From Minisyncoccia bacterium (lineage in GTDB: Bacteria; Patescibacteriota; Minisyncoccia; Phycocordibacterales; UBA9973): a DNA stretch of 64,000 bases. Below the pieces are notes generated by a model that searched no databases, was not told the origin of the DNA, and saw nothing but the letters and a program-made list of their open reading frames with translations. Where the stretch lies: contig CBFHKH010000001.1 in assembly GCA_965656375.1 (NCBI GenBank), positions 13,432 through 77,431 on the forward strand, read 5' to 3'. This document shows positions 28,694 through 39,998 of the stretch, one piece after another. The translations under genes and the position numbers were made by a program. The first letter of the stretch is position 1, and every line of letters starts with the position of its first letter.

Positions 28694-31600
28694 ATGAAAA
28701 CAATTGATACAACAGATTTCGATTCAATCACGCTCAAACTCGCATCACCTGAGCGTATTCGTGAGTGGTCATATGGTGAAGTTACAAAGCCAGAGACGAT
28801 CAACTACCGTACTGGTCGCAGTGAACGCAGCGGACTCTTCGATGAGCGTATTTTCGGTCCAGAAAAAGACTACGAATGTTACTGTGGAAAATACCGACGT
28901 ATTCGCTACAAAGATATCGTCTGTGAAAAATGTGGCGTGGAAGTTACTCGCTCAATAGTTCGTCGTGATCGTATGGGTCACATTGAGCTCGCATCACCGG
29001 TTGCACATATCTGGTTCCTTCGTGGTGTTCCATCACGCATGTCAGTACTCCTCAATATATCAGTGGGTGATCTTGAAAAAGTGATTTACTTTGCAGGATA
29101 CATCATTACGAAAGTTCACAATGAAGAGAAGGAGATGATCGTCAAAAATCTTGAAAGTGAATTTAAAGCTAAAGTTAAAAGTGCTCCAGACGAAGAATCA
29201 AAAGAGAAGCTCAAAGAGCTCCTTACAAACACAAAGCGTGAGATTGGTGACATTGTAGAAGGAAAAGTGCTCAATGAAATCGCATATCATCACTTTGGGC
29301 TCAAATACGGTTCATGTTTCGAAGCGTCAATCGGTGCAGAAGCTATATTTACATTGTTCAAAAATCTCGACCTCGAAAAATTGAAAGCAGAGACTTCGGC
29401 AATGATTCCGAAAGCAAGTGCGATCGAGAAAGAAAAGCTCGAGAAGCGAATGTCACTTATCCGTTCTATGCTTCACTCTGGCATCCGACCTGAATGGATG
29501 TTCCTTACGGTGATTCCAGTTATTCCTCCAGCACTTCGCCCTATGGTTGCGCTTGATGGGGGACGTCATGCAACATCTGACCTCAACGACTTGTATCGCC
29601 GCGTGATAAATAGAAACAACCGTCTCAAGAAATTGAAAGAGATCGGTGCTCCAGACGTGATCCTCCGCAATGAAAAGCGTATTCTTCAAGAAGCATGCGA
29701 TGCACTTATCGATAACTCTATCGCAAAGCAAAATGATTCACAGGCAATTTCTGCTTCACAGAAGCGTGCACTCAAATCTCTCTCTGATAATTTGAAATCA
29801 AAGCAAGGTCTCTTCCGCCAGAACCTGCTTGGTAAGCGTGTGGACTACTCAGGACGTTCTGTTATCGTGGTTGGTCCGGGACTCAAGCTTAATCAGTGTG
29901 GTCTTCCAAAGCACATGGCGCTTGAACTTTTCCGTCCGTTCGTTATTTCTAAAGTTCTCGAGACAGAGCTTGCCTTTAACATCCGCGGTGCGAACCGCTT
30001 AATCGAAGAAGGAGTTCCAGAAGTCTGGGCGATCCTCGAAGAGGTGATCCGCGGTAAGCATGTACTTTTGAACCGTGCGCCGACTCTTCACCGCCTTGGT
30101 ATTCAGGCATTCAATCCAATACTCATCGAAGGTAATGCGATCCAGGTTCACCCACTCGTCTGTACAGGATTCAACGCCGACTTCGACGGAGACCAGATGG
30201 CAGTATATGTACCGCTTTCAGATATGGCTCAAGCAGAGGCACGTGATTACATGGCTTCAAACAAGAACTTGCTCAAGCCACAAGATGGTGCTCCGATTGT
30301 AATGCCGAAAATGGATATGATTCTCGGCTGTTACTGGATGACAAAATCAGTTGATGGTGAACGCGGCGAAGGAATGGCATTCTCAAGTCCAAATCAGGCT
30401 ATTACTGCATTCGACCTTGGAGTGATTACATTCCGCGCGAAAATTAAAGTGCTTGGTAACAGTGAAAAAGCTCGATACGACAGATTTGAAGGTAAACCAT
30501 TTGAAACGACAGTTGGAAGACTTTTCTTCAACAGTATTTTCCCTGAAGATTTCCCATACATGAACGAAGAAATCACAATCAAGCGCATGTCACTCCTCGT
30601 GGATGAACTCATCATGCATTACGGTATTGATGCGACTCCAAAAGTCCTCGACAAGATCAAGGATTTCGGTTTCCAATATGCGACATATTCAGGAGTTACC
30701 TGGGGTATCGACAATGTTCGAGTGCCAGAAGGAAAAGCAGCGATCGTAGCAAAAGGCCGCAAAGAAGAAGAACTTGTTCGCGAACAGTTTGCTGACGGTC
30801 TGCTCTCATCCGATGAACAGTATCAGAAGGTGATTGAGATCTGGGAACATGCAAAGAAAGAAATTGAGAAGATCATTCCAGAAACACTCGATATCAAAGG
30901 ATCGACTTACGACCTTATTACTTCAGGGGCTCGAGGAAACATGGGATCATTGGTACAGATGTGTGGTATGAAAGGTCTCATTGTAAACACATCAGGTGCG
31001 ACGCTCGATTTCCCAATCATCCCATCATACATCGAAGGTCTTTCTCCACTTGAATACTTCATTACAACACACGGTTCTCGTAAGGGTGCAGCCGATACTG
31101 CTCTTAATACTGCGAAGGCTGGATATCTTACACGTCGTCTTGTAGATGTTGCTCAGGATGTCGTTGTTACCGAAGAAGATTGCGGTACAAAAAATGGCAA
31201 GAAGATCGTTGCTGTCGAAGGTGTATTTGCAAAATACATCCACGGACGAGTACTCCTTGCTGATATCAAAGGTGAAGACGGAAAAGTTCTCTTTAAGAAA
31301 GGTTCCCTCATCATGAAAGAAGATTCGAGAATGCTTGAGAAAGTAGGGGTCAAAGAAGCATTTGTTCGTACGCCGCTATCATGTGAGACAACACACGGCA
31401 TCTGTCGTATGTGTTACGGTCTTGATCTTGGACGAAACGCTATGATTGAACGTGGTCAGGCTGTCGGTATTATCGCAGCCCAGGCTATCGGTGAACCAGG
31501 TACACAGCTTACCCTCCGTACATTCCACGCCGGAGGTGTGGCGACTGTCGACATTACGACTGGGCTACCTCGTGTCGAAGAAATCTTTGAGCGACGTATT

Positions 31601-32338
31601 CCAAAGAACCCGGCAATTGTTTCAGTTACGAATGGTGAAGTTATAGACATCACTGACAATGGCAAGGAGAAAATCATTAAGGTTCTCTCTGACCTGTCTG
31701 CGCAGGCAGGTACAAAAGGCGATGCAAAGACAAACGAAATGGAATACACTGTTGCATTCCGTCGCCAGCCACTTGTAAAAGTTGGTTCAAAAGTCAAAAA
31801 AGGTGATCTTCTTACAGATGGATCTGCAGATATCAATGAAATCGTAAAATATGGAGGCAAAGAAGTTGCCGAAGAATACATCGTCGATGAAATCAACAAA
31901 GTCTACGACCTCCAGAGTGCATCAATCTCTCGTAAGCACATCGAAATTATTATTCGTCAGATGTTCTCTCGAAAGCGCATCAAGGATGCAGGTGATACGA
32001 CATTCTCACCTGGTGAGATCGTTGAAGCTATCGAACTAATAGAAGAAAATGCTCGGGTTGTAGAAGAAGATAATGGAAAAGAAGCAGAAGCAACTACAAT
32101 TGTCCTTGGTATTACAGAAGTATCCCTTACGACAAAGAGCTGGCTTTCTGCAGCATCATTCCAGAACACGAATCGTGTCCTCATCAATAATGCTGTTCGC
32201 GGCGGAGTCGATAATCTACGCGGACTCAAGGAAAACGTGATCATCGGAAACCTTATTCCAGCCGGTACTGGATTTGGGCTAAAGCGTGCGGACAGAATAC
32301 AAGAAGAAGCTGCCCAAAACGTTGAGGAGTCTTTATAA
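28694..32338 (+). CDS. rpoC: DNA-directed RNA polymerase subunit beta'
   Basis: [33 protein letters not shown], catalytic [19 protein letters not shown]. Confidence 0.99.
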   Translation: MKTIDTTDFDSITLKLASPERIREWSYGEVTKPETINYRTGRSERSGLFDERIFGPEKDYECYCGKYRRIRYKDIVCEKCGVEVTRSIVRRDRMGHIELASPVAHIWFLRGVPSRMSVLLNISVGDLEKVIYFAGYIITKVHNEEKEMIVKNLESEFKAKVKSAPDEESKEKLKELLTNTKREIGDIVEGKVLNEIAYHHFGLKYGSCFEASIGAEAIFTLFKNLDLEKLKAETSAMIPKASAIEKEKLEKRMSLIRSMLHSGIRPEWMFLTVIPVIPPALRPMVALDGGRHATSDLNDLYRRVINRNNRLKKLKEIGAPDVILRNEKRILQEACDALIDNSIAKQNDSQAISASQKRALKSLSDNLKSKQGLFRQNLLGKRVDYSGRSVIVVGPGLKLNQCGLPKHMALELFRPFVISKVLETELAFNIRGANRLIEEGVPEVWAILEEVIRGKHVLLNRAPTLHRLGIQAFNPILIEGNAIQVHPLVCTGFNADFDGDQMAVYVPLSDMAQAEARDYMASNKNLLKPQDGAPIVMPKMDMILGCYWMTKSVDGERGEGMAFSSPNQAITAFDLGVITFRAKIKVLGNSEKARYDRFEGKPFETTVGRLFFNSIFPEDFPYMNEEITIKRMSLLVDELIMHYGIDATPKVLDKIKDFGFQYATYSGVTWGIDNVRVPEGKAAIVAKGRKEEELVREQFADGLLSSDEQYQKVIEIWEHAKKEIEKIIPETLDIKGSTYDLITSGARGNMGSLVQMCGMKGLIVNTSGATLDFPIIPSYIEGLSPLEYFITTHGSRKGAADTALNTAKAGYLTRRLVDVAQDVVVTEEDCGTKNGKKIVAVEGVFAKYIHGRVLLADIKGEDGKVLFKKGSLIMKEDSRMLEKVGVKEAFVRTPLSCETTHGICRMCYGLDLGRNAMIERGQAVGIIAAQAIGEPGTQLTLRTFHAGGVATVDITTGLPRVEEIFERRIPKNPAIVSVTNGEVIDITDNGKEKIIKVLSDLSAQAGTKGDAKTNEMEYTVAFRRQPLVKVGSKVKKGDLLTDGSADINEIVKYGGKEVAEEYIVDEINKVYDLQSASISRKHIEIIIRQMFSRKRIKDAGDTTFSPGEIVEAIELIEENARVVEEDNGKEAEATTIVLGITEVSLTTKSWLSAASFQNTNRVLINNAVRGGVDNLRGLKENVIIGNLIPAGTGFGLKRADRIQEEAAQNVEESL
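31693..31710. repeat. 18-bp palindromic element, in frame in rpoC (encodes LSAQAG)
   Basis: CCTGTCTGCGCAGGCAGG; 17/18 identical to the element in dnaG. Confidence 0.8.
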
Positions 32339-32360
32339 CTAATGTAGGTACAGGGGAAAT

Positions 32361-34109
32361 ATGAACTCACCTGTGGATCAAATCAAAGAACGCCTTCCTA
32401 TCGTTGATGTTATTTCCTCGTACCTGAAAGTTGATCAATCGGGTAAGAATTTTAAAGCTCGTTGCCCGTTTCATAACGAGAAGACTCCATCATTCTATAT
32501 ATCTCCAGACCGCAATACGTACTATTGCTTCGGGTGCGGAGCCAAAGGTGATATCTTTTCATTCGTTGAGAAATTCGAAGGCACTGACTTTTTAGGTGCC
32601 CTTCGGATGCTCGCGCTTCGTGCAGGAGTTACACTTACGCGTGGTAATTCAAGCGAATCTCGTGACAAGAAAGAATTGTGGTATGAGATCATGGATGAGG
32701 CCGCTACATTTTTCGAAAATACATTTATCGGTAAATCGGAAGCACGAGCATACCTTTTAAGTCGTGGTCTGAGCGATGCTACGATGGCACATTTTCGTAT
32801 TGGCTATGCAGAAGATAAATGGCGATCAGTTTCTGACCACCTTATCTCCAAAGGTTACAAAAAAGAAGATCTCGAAACAGTGGGTCTGATAAAAACAAAA
32901 GAAGACGGATACTATGATCGGTTCCGCTCTCGGATTATGTTTCCGATTAGCGATTCAAGTGGTCGAGTTATCGCATTCTCTGGAAGGATTTTTAACCTGC
33001 CTGCGCAGGCAGGTAAAGCAGAGATACCAGAGGCAAAATATCTCAACAGCCCGGATACTCCACTTTTTAATAAATCAAACGTATTATTTGGGATTGATAA
33101 AGCAAAAACATCAATACGGACTCGCGGATACAGTATCGTTGTCGAAGGACAGCTTGATCTTATACTTTCTCATCAGGCAGGATTTACGAACACTGTTGCC
33201 GTTTCAGGGACTGCACTTGCAGATAATATTACTGGTACTGAGGAAGATAAGATAAACAACCTCGGTCTCATTCGTCGCCTTTCTCCGAATATCATTTTTG
33301 CATACGATGGAGATGAAGCTGGTGTTCGTGCAGCGGGTAGATCGGCAACGATTGCGCTTGCGCTTGATATGCAGGTCAAAGTCGCTGTCATGCCCGAAGG
33401 AAAGGATCCAGCGGATATTATCTTTGAAAACCCTGATTCATGGAAAGAGTACATCAGGAAATCCGTCAATATTATAAGCTTCCATATTGACCGAATTACG
33501 AGAAGCACCACTGATACCAGAATACGAGGCAAGAAGGTTAGAGACATCGTATTTCCATTTCTTGCGATGATAAAAAGCGCTATAGAGAAATCAGCTTATA
33601 TAACAGAGATCAGTTCAAAAATCGGATTACCTGAGCGAGCGATCCTGGAAGATTTTGAATCCTATCTACAGACCAGAACAAAAGAGGTAGATGTGCCAGC
33701 AATCAAAAAAGATTCTGCACCACCGAAGGAGAAACAATCCCGCAGGCAAGATCTAGAAAATAGGCTCTTCAGTATCATTTTTTGGCAAGGGGACACAGGT
33801 GAGAAGTCAGAACGGATAAAAGAATTGTGTGATCATTTTAAAACAGAAGTCGGTGCGGAAGAGTTTGAAAGTATGTATCAAAGCTATCAACCATTTTCTG
33901 ATTCTCTCGCATTTGAAGCCGAAACGTGGTATGGTAGCAAGACTGATACTCTCAGTCGCGATACGGAAGAATTATTGCTTAATCTTGAGGAAGAAATACT
34001 CCATGGGCGTAAACACTCTCTTGGTCCACTGGACACTGAAGATAAACTGAAGCAATTTAATATATTATCAAAACGCATAGAAGAAATTAAGCATAAACGC
34101 TCCTTATAA
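32361..34109 (+). CDS. dnaG: DNA primase
   Basis: Zinc finger [15 protein letters not shown]; [12 protein letters not shown]; KYLNSP; TOPRIM VEG and YDGDEAG. Confidence 0.98.
   Translation: MNSPVDQIKERLPIVDVISSYLKVDQSGKNFKARCPFHNEKTPSFYISPDRNTYYCFGCGAKGDIFSFVEKFEGTDFLGALRMLALRAGVTLTRGNSSESRDKKELWYEIMDEAATFFENTFIGKSEARAYLLSRGLSDATMAHFRIGYAEDKWRSVSDHLISKGYKKEDLETVGLIKTKEDGYYDRFRSRIMFPISDSSGRVIAFSGRIFNLPAQAGKAEIPEAKYLNSPDTPLFNKSNVLFGIDKAKTSIRTRGYSIVVEGQLDLILSHQAGFTNTVAVSGTALADNITGTEEDKINNLGLIRRLSPNIIFAYDGDEAGVRAAGRSATIALALDMQVKVAVMPEGKDPADIIFENPDSWKEYIRKSVNIISFHIDRITRSTTDTRIRGKKVRDIVFPFLAMIKSAIEKSAYITEISSKIGLPERAILEDFESYLQTRTKEVDVPAIKKDSAPPKEKQSRRQDLENRLFSIIFWQGDTGEKSERIKELCDHFKTEVGAEEFESMYQSYQPFSDSLAFEAETWYGSKTDTLSRDTEELLLNLEEEILHGRKHSLGPLDTEDKLKQFNILSKRIEEIKHKRSL
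32996..33013. repeat. 18-bp perfect palindromic element, in frame in dnaG (encodes LPAQAG)
   Basis: CCTGCCTGCGCAGGCAGG, flanked by A...T as in the rpoC copy. Confidence 0.8.
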
Positions 34110-34113
34110 TCGT

Positions 34114-35403
34114 ATGAAGAAAAAAACAAAACAAAAATCAAATAAGAAGATACAGAGCAAGAAAACAAAACCAGCAGTGAAGAAAAAGGTTGTAAAAAAA
34201 GCACCTAAGAAGACTACCAAAAATGCTCCTCACAAAAAGCCTATAAAGAAAGCTCCACAAAAAAAAGCTGTAGTGGCAAAGAAGAAGGTGGTAGCGCCAA
34301 AGAGCGCCAAGCAAACAGCCGGCAGCAAAAAGTCCCAAGAACTTGAGCAAAAATCACTCGAGATGATAGAAAAAGGCAAGAAGCGGGGTTTTGTTACTTA
34401 TGACGAGATAATCAAAGTATTTCCTGATATTGAAAATAATATCCTTTTCTTGGACGAATTGTATGAGAAGCTTGCCGTTGCGGGTATCGATGTGCTCGAA
34501 GGAGGTAACCTCCTCGATACTGACGGAGAGAATGAAAAAACTGCGCTTAAGTATAGCAAGGACGCTGTTGCGTATGACTCTATACAGATATATTTGAAGG
34601 AAATTGGCCAGTATCCGCTCATCAACGCAAATGACGAGAAGGACCTTGCTCGACGTATTGAAAAAGGGGATTTGGAAGCAAAGAATTTGCTTGCCCGTGC
34701 GAATCTCCGCCTCGTAGTTTCTATTGCTAAGAAATATGTAGGACGTAGCTCTGATTTGACGCTTCTTGACCTTATTCAAGAAGGAAACCTTGGCCTGTTC
34801 AAGGCTGTAGAGAAATTCGACTGGACAAAGGGATACAAATTCTCAACCTATGCGACATGGTGGATTCGCCAGTCCATCACACGTGCGCTTGCCGATCAGT
34901 CTCGTACGATCCGTATTCCAGTTCACATGGTTGAAACTATTTCTAAATACAAACAGGTTGTTCGAAGACTTTCGCAAGACCTTGGTCGCGAACCGCTCGT
35001 TGAAGAAATTGCAACAGAAATGAATCTTGAAGTAGAGAAGATCCACATCATAGAGCAGATCAATCAGGAGACAGTATCACTCGAACAGCCAATAGGGGAT
35101 GATGATGAGAAATCTACTCGTGGTGAGTTTATTCCTGATGACAAGATTCTTCGCCCTGATCAGGATTCATCACGTCGTATTCTTTCCGATCAGATCAAAG
35201 AAGTGCTCGATACACTCAGTCCAAAGGAACGTAAGATCCTCGAGCTTCGCTACGGACTCAATGATGGTATCCAGCATACCCTTGAAGAAGTGGGAACTGA
35301 GTTTGGTGTTACTCGTGAGCGTATTCGTCAGATTGAAGCGAAAGTCCACGAAAAACTCCGCAACAATGATAAGATCGCTCGATTGAAAAACTATTTTGAT
35401 TAG
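34114..35403 (+). CDS. rpoD: Primary sigma factor sigma70
   Basis: [44 protein letters not shown]; region 1.1; Lys-rich N-terminus. Confidence 0.97.
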   Translation: MKKKTKQKSNKKIQSKKTKPAVKKKVVKKAPKKTTKNAPHKKPIKKAPQKKAVVAKKKVVAPKSAKQTAGSKKSQELEQKSLEMIEKGKKRGFVTYDEIIKVFPDIENNILFLDELYEKLAVAGIDVLEGGNLLDTDGENEKTALKYSKDAVAYDSIQIYLKEIGQYPLINANDEKDLARRIEKGDLEAKNLLARANLRLVVSIAKKYVGRSSDLTLLDLIQEGNLGLFKAVEKFDWTKGYKFSTYATWWIRQSITRALADQSRTIRIPVHMVETISKYKQVVRRLSQDLGREPLVEEIATEMNLEVEKIHIIEQINQETVSLEQPIGDDDEKSTRGEFIPDDKILRPDQDSSRRILSDQIKEVLDTLSPKERKILELRYGLNDGIQHTLEEVGTEFGVTRERIRQIEAKVHEKLRNNDKIARLKNYFD

Positions 35404-35482
35404 CGAGGAGCATTTGAAAGTAAACTTTCAAACTGTCCGAGTGACATCAAAATATTGTACCCAGTTATATTTCGATTAGTAA

Positions 35483-35524
35483 AAATACAGAAATAGCCCT
35501 TACAGAAGGGCTATTTCTGTATTT
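35483..35524 (+). terminator. Terminator after rpoD
   Basis: Perfect 19-bp inverted repeat AAATACAGAAATAGCCCTT-acag-AAGGGCTATTTCTGTATTT. Confidence 0.8.
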
Positions 35525-35627
35525 GACGCAGTTTAATTTTAATGTTAATATCCGTAAAAATATACTCGCACAAACTGTGCTCAATTATATATAACTATTC
35601 TTTGACAAAAAACTTAAAACTCAAAAC

Positions 35628-37391
35628 ATGATCGATTTCCAAAAGTTACTATCAGAACAATCTTCAGTGAAGGTAGTTTTGAACGGAGGGCACTCCGTAT
35701 TAGAAGATGCAACTGTTCCCTTTATGATAGGACTCGACGACAAAACTGCTGAAAGGCAACCTACACATGTGTTGGTAATTACATTGCCACATTCATCTTA
35801 TGAAACCCATTATGGATCGTTAGACGATGCAAAAAGATGGTGTACTCAGGCTGGTGAAAGGCAAATATTCGAACTGAACAAGATTGGATATTTGCAATTC
35901 CACAAGCCTGGAAAACAAAATGTAATTTTTGTGCTTATCAAAGATTTAAACCGTGAAAGAAAAGGAGAACTTTTGAAAAAAAGAAGCTTGTGCACGCATT
36001 ATTCAAATGAAATCCATTTTTCCGATGTTGAAGCAAATACAATTACCGGGGTTAATGTGGTGGGGTATTGTGAAGAGTTGATCGAAATACCAAAAGAATT
36101 TTTTGCTACGAAACCAGAAAAAGGTTTACGACTGGAGTGGCACAAATGGGTAAACCGATGGTGGCTATCTTCGCCAATTGATGAATGCCAATTCAGAAAA
36201 AGAGCGATAATAGCAACAACTATCCAGCCTATTGCCTGGGTTTTGGGATTTACCTTACGTTTCATCTTTGCGATGGTATGTAATGTTTTGTACCCAACGA
36301 TCATATTACTTGCTTTCCTGGTTGGTTCGCAATTCGGGGCAAAACAATTCTTCATTAATTTGGGTAAACTGAACTGGGATTTTCTATTCCTGTTTAGAAA
36401 GCTGCGATGGAGTAATGTCCTTGCAATTTCGGATTTCTTTTTTCAGGAGGATAAATGGTTCGAATTTAAGGAGTACAGGATGGGTAAGAAATCATTCGGT
36501 ATACCTATATCGCCGCTTGGCCTGACTATACAGATTATTTCAGGAATCTATCTTTATTTAGCTTTCTATTCTATAATTTTTCTGCAAAGAGATTTTATAG
36601 GATCGTTTGTGCAGGGATCGATCGCAATTCTGGTTACTCTATGGCACGCCTTCTTTGTTGTAAGTACTATGCCGTATGATGGAGTAGATAAATGGCTTGA
36701 TAAAACGTTAGGTGAAAAAGAAAAGTTTAAAATCAACCGTATCTGGACTATCATAGGTACAATGATCTTTATTTTGGGTGTGACAGCATTTTCAATATGG
36801 ATGCCGTGGGTTAAAACTGGCAATGCCATTAGTTCATTTGTTATAACATATTGGAAATTCATTGCCGTAATAGCAGGGGTAGTATTATTCTTTACCTTTG
36901 GTAAAAAGGTTTTAAAGCACTATTACAAAAGAACTCTGGTGTTCTTGATGTTTGCCACGGTGACCTATGCGATTTTGGTGATAATGACCCCCAGCATGTT
37001 GTTTAAAAGTAATTATTCATTTAGTACTAAACATTGGATTGTAATTATCACTGGCCTGGTATTTATCCTCATCTCAGTTTTTGGTAGTAAACTATCTTAC
37101 GTAATGAATAGTATTGCTAAGAAACTCAGCAAGATGGAGATATTTAAAAAGCAAGAATCTAAAAAACTTGCTCCAGTTCAAATCAAGACAACGCAGTACG
37201 TGTCACCAAGCCTTGGGCTTGATGAGTGGTATAAGAAGAACATGGCAATCACTGATCTGCCGGTGAATGTGAATAACTTAACCCCAAAAGACATCGTTGC
37301 TCCAACAAAAAAAGCAGCCTTTGTTCTGCAATTCAAAGTTGGGTATTGGCGACTGAAATCAAAGCTATGTAAGCCGTATGCTAAGAGTTAA
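35628..37391 (+). CDS. Hypothetical multi-pass membrane protein (orphan)
   Basis: 587-aa ORF; soluble N-terminal region followed by several hydrophobic helices. Confidence 0.75.
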   Translation: MIDFQKLLSEQSSVKVVLNGGHSVLEDATVPFMIGLDDKTAERQPTHVLVITLPHSSYETHYGSLDDAKRWCTQAGERQIFELNKIGYLQFHKPGKQNVIFVLIKDLNRERKGELLKKRSLCTHYSNEIHFSDVEANTITGVNVVGYCEELIEIPKEFFATKPEKGLRLEWHKWVNRWWLSSPIDECQFRKRAIIATTIQPIAWVLGFTLRFIFAMVCNVLYPTIILLAFLVGSQFGAKQFFINLGKLNWDFLFLFRKLRWSNVLAISDFFFQEDKWFEFKEYRMGKKSFGIPISPLGLTIQIISGIYLYLAFYSIIFLQRDFIGSFVQGSIAILVTLWHAFFVVSTMPYDGVDKWLDKTLGEKEKFKINRIWTIIGTMIFILGVTAFSIWMPWVKTGNAISSFVITYWKFIAVIAGVVLFFTFGKKVLKHYYKRTLVFLMFATVTYAILVIMTPSMLFKSNYSFSTKHWIVIITGLVFILISVFGSKLSYVMNSIAKKLSKMEIFKKQESKKLAPVQIKTTQYVSPSLGLDEWYKKNMAITDLPVNVNNLTPKDIVAPTKKAAFVLQFKVGYWRLKSKLCKPYAKS

Positions 37392-37416
37392 GTTCTATAC
37401 GTTTTTGAAGGATAAA

Positions 37417-37444
37417 AAATCCCGCTCATTATGGAGCGGGATTT
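37417..37444. terminator. Bidirectional terminator
   Basis: AAATCCCGCTC-attatg-GAGCGGGATTT between convergent genes. Confidence 0.75.
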
Positions 37445-37456
37445 CTTTTTGATAAT

Positions 37457-38245
37457 TTAGAGTTGCTCAGAGACTGATTCGTCGCCGGTTTTGAGGAGGC
37501 CGAAGAGAAGATCGCTGTATTTCCAGAATGCGTCATTGCCTTTCAATTGTGCGATGCAATCTGCGGCTACGAGCTTCTCGAATGAATGTTGATGGATGGG
37601 GTAGTGACGGTAGATCCAGCGGACGCTCTCTCCATTTTCTTTGATGATACGCTCCATTGTTGGATGGAATTGCTTGCAGAACGGACATTCAAAGTCTGAG
37701 TATTCTATTACCGTAACAACTGGATTCGAGGCGCCCATGGTATGATCATTTGGTTCACTGATGGCAACGCTTCCTTTATAAACTTCACTGATGTTTTGTG
37801 TCTCTATTTTTGTAGTTCCATCAGCTTGCTTGACTGAAACGTCTGCTGTCGCAATACGTCCTTCTTTCGCTGCCGCAATGATCATATTCGTTCGTTCATA
37901 GCTATCAGCGCCTCGGATCTCAGTCTTGAATCCGTTTGGACCGATAACAACACTATATGGTGTACCTCGCTCATCTTTCGGAATGTGGCTCATAGCTTTA
38001 TCTACACTCTCGCTTATTCGCGTCGAAACGGCATCTACATCTGTCGCTACAATGCATGCATTGAGCTTGTCTTTTGATACACCGACTTGTTCTGATAATG
38101 TTTTTGATTGACCACTGTTTACTGAAAATCCACCTGTACCAGCTCCTTTTGTTATTATGATTCCTATCATAATGAGAAATCCTGCTAGTACGATAGCTAC
38201 TGGAGTTGATAATTGTTGTTTTGGTTGTGTATTGTTTTCTTCCAT
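37457..38245 (-). CDS. Membrane-anchored DsbA/thioredoxin-fold oxidoreductase, apparently circularly permuted
   Basis: N-terminal TM; VIEYSDFECPFC, WIYRHYP, AFWKYSD; cis-Pro GTP motif lies upstream of the CxxC. Confidence 0.85.
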   Translation of the reverse strand: MEENNTQPKQQLSTPVAIVLAGFLIMIGIIITKGAGTGGFSVNSGQSKTLSEQVGVSKDKLNACIVATDVDAVSTRISESVDKAMSHIPKDERGTPYSVVIGPNGFKTEIRGADSYERTNMIIAAAKEGRIATADVSVKQADGTTKIETQNISEVYKGSVAISEPNDHTMGASNPVVTVIEYSDFECPFCKQFHPTMERIIKENGESVRWIYRHYPIHQHSFEKLVAADCIAQLKGNDAFWKYSDLLFGLLKTGDESVSEQL

Positions 38246-38380
38246 ATGGCATAGTATATCACACAGGTTTACTTGTCTCCTATTTAGAAGTAGTGGTATA
38301 CTAGGGGAGTACGAATAACGGTTCTCTTATTAATTAATTTCGCCTATCGCACTTTTGCGAGGCGAATAACATACACGTAT

Positions 38381-38668
38381 ATGACATGTAATTGTAATCA
38401 CGGTAAATGTGGACTTGCAAAGTTCGCATGGGTTCTCGTTGTTATTGGTGGTCTTAACTGGGGTCTTGTCGGTCTCGGCATGCTCATGAATTCTGACTGG
38501 AATGTAGTTGGAATGCTTCTCGGTTCATGGCCTATGGTGCTTGCAATCGTTTACCTCTTGGTAGGTATTGCGACACTTGTTAAGCTCTTTGGCTGCCCAT
38601 GCAAGAAGTGCAAGGAATGCACAGTAGCTACTCCAAGTGCAACTTCTACACCAGGTTCAACAATGTAA
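38381..38668 (+). CDS. DUF378-family small membrane protein
   Basis: LVVIGGLNWGLVG...IVYLLVG motif; Cys-rich termini. Confidence 0.85.
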   Translation: MTCNCNHGKCGLAKFAWVLVVIGGLNWGLVGLGMLMNSDWNVVGMLLGSWPMVLAIVYLLVGIATLVKLFGCPCKKCKECTVATPSATSTPGSTM

Positions 38669-38677
38669 TTTGGTTCT

Positions 38678-38706
38678 AAAAATACCCCGGAGATCGGGGT
38701 ATTTTT
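38678..38706 (+). terminator. Intrinsic terminator
   Basis: AAAAATACCCCG-gagat-CGGGGTATTTTT. Confidence 0.75.
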
Positions 38707-38747
38707 ACGTTGGAAACCAATGAAAATATGGTATACTACGCGTATAA

Positions 38748-39989
38748 ATGGAATCCACCTCAAGCATCGTATTTTATATAATTTCCTTCCTGCTCATGTA
38801 TACCCAGATCTTCTTTATGGTCACGTTCTTAGAGAAGAGACGAGAGATTAAAAAGCGAGTGGATTCGATTGATCTTGATGACTATCCTGCCATCACTGTT
38901 ATTGTCCCATGTTGGAACGAAGAGAAAACAATTCAAAAGACAGTAGAATCTCTTTTGAATGTACGGTATCCTCGAGACAAATTTTTTATTTTTTTGATAA
39001 ATGACGGAAGTACCGATCGGACAGAAGAAGTGTGCCGACAGTATGAAGGCAATTCTCAGATTCGCATATTTACGCAAGAGAATAGTGGTAAACATGCAGC
39101 TCTTAATCTCGGACTTTCACATGTCACTACTCCGTTTGTCGCATGTCTTGATGCTGATTCGTATGTCGATAAAGAAGCTGTCGTTCGAATGATGACTTAT
39201 TTCCAGAATCCGAAAGTGATGGCTGTCGCTCCTGTAGCGATTGTGGATGCCCCGAATACCTTCATGCAGAAGATTCAGCGTGTAGAGTACAATATGTCTG
39301 CTTTTACCAAGCAAATGCTTGCGCTTGTTGGAGGAATGCATGTGACACCGGGAACCCTTCCCATATACAGAAAGGAAGTTTTTGATAAGATCGGAGGATT
39401 TCGTCATGCATATAATACCGAAGATGGGGAGATAGCCCTTCGAATGCACAAGAATCATTTGAAGATCGCATACTGTGCTGATGCGTATGTATACACTACG
39501 GCGCCATCCTCAATTCCAAAGCTCTACAAGCAGCGTCTTCGCTGGATGTATGGTTTCATAAACAATGTCATAGATTATCGATCTATGTTGTTCAATCCAA
39601 AATACGGCGCCCTCGGGCTCCTCAGCCTTCCTTCAGGATTGATCGCGATCGTAGGTATTGTCTTCCTTTTTTTTAAATTCATTGGGAATCTGTTTAATTA
39701 TGTATATCTCAAAGCGGTCCAGTATAGTGTCGTAGGAACTGAAGGCGTTGTAAGTCATTTTCGCTTCGATTGGTTTTCTGTCAATACGAAAGCAATTGTA
39801 TTTATTATTTTAATAATGTATATTTTCTCCATACTATCGATCATCATCGGGACGAGAATTGTTTCCATGAAAACTAAATTCCCGTTACATACGGTCTCAT
39901 TTATGGTAGTATATACATTCATCGCCCCGTTTTGGATGTTAAAAGCGATTTATAATGTCCTTACATCAAAGCAAACCTCTTGGCGATAA
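38748..39989 (+). CDS. Processive membrane GT2 glycosyltransferase (PgaC/IcaA/cellulose-synthase-like)
   Basis: VPCWNEE, NDGSTD, LDADS, TED, QRLRW; N- and C-terminal TM helices. Confidence 0.9.
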   Translation: MESTSSIVFYIISFLLMYTQIFFMVTFLEKRREIKKRVDSIDLDDYPAITVIVPCWNEEKTIQKTVESLLNVRYPRDKFFIFLINDGSTDRTEEVCRQYEGNSQIRIFTQENSGKHAALNLGLSHVTTPFVACLDADSYVDKEAVVRMMTYFQNPKVMAVAPVAIVDAPNTFMQKIQRVEYNMSAFTKQMLALVGGMHVTPGTLPIYRKEVFDKIGGFRHAYNTEDGEIALRMHKNHLKIAYCADAYVYTTAPSSIPKLYKQRLRWMYGFINNVIDYRSMLFNPKYGALGLLSLPSGLIAIVGIVFLFFKFIGNLFNYVYLKAVQYSVVGTEGVVSHFRFDWFSVNTKAIVFIILIMYIFSILSIIIGTRIVSMKTKFPLHTVSFMVVYTFIAPFWMLKAIYNVLTSKQTSWR

Positions 39990-39998
39990 TATATTTTT

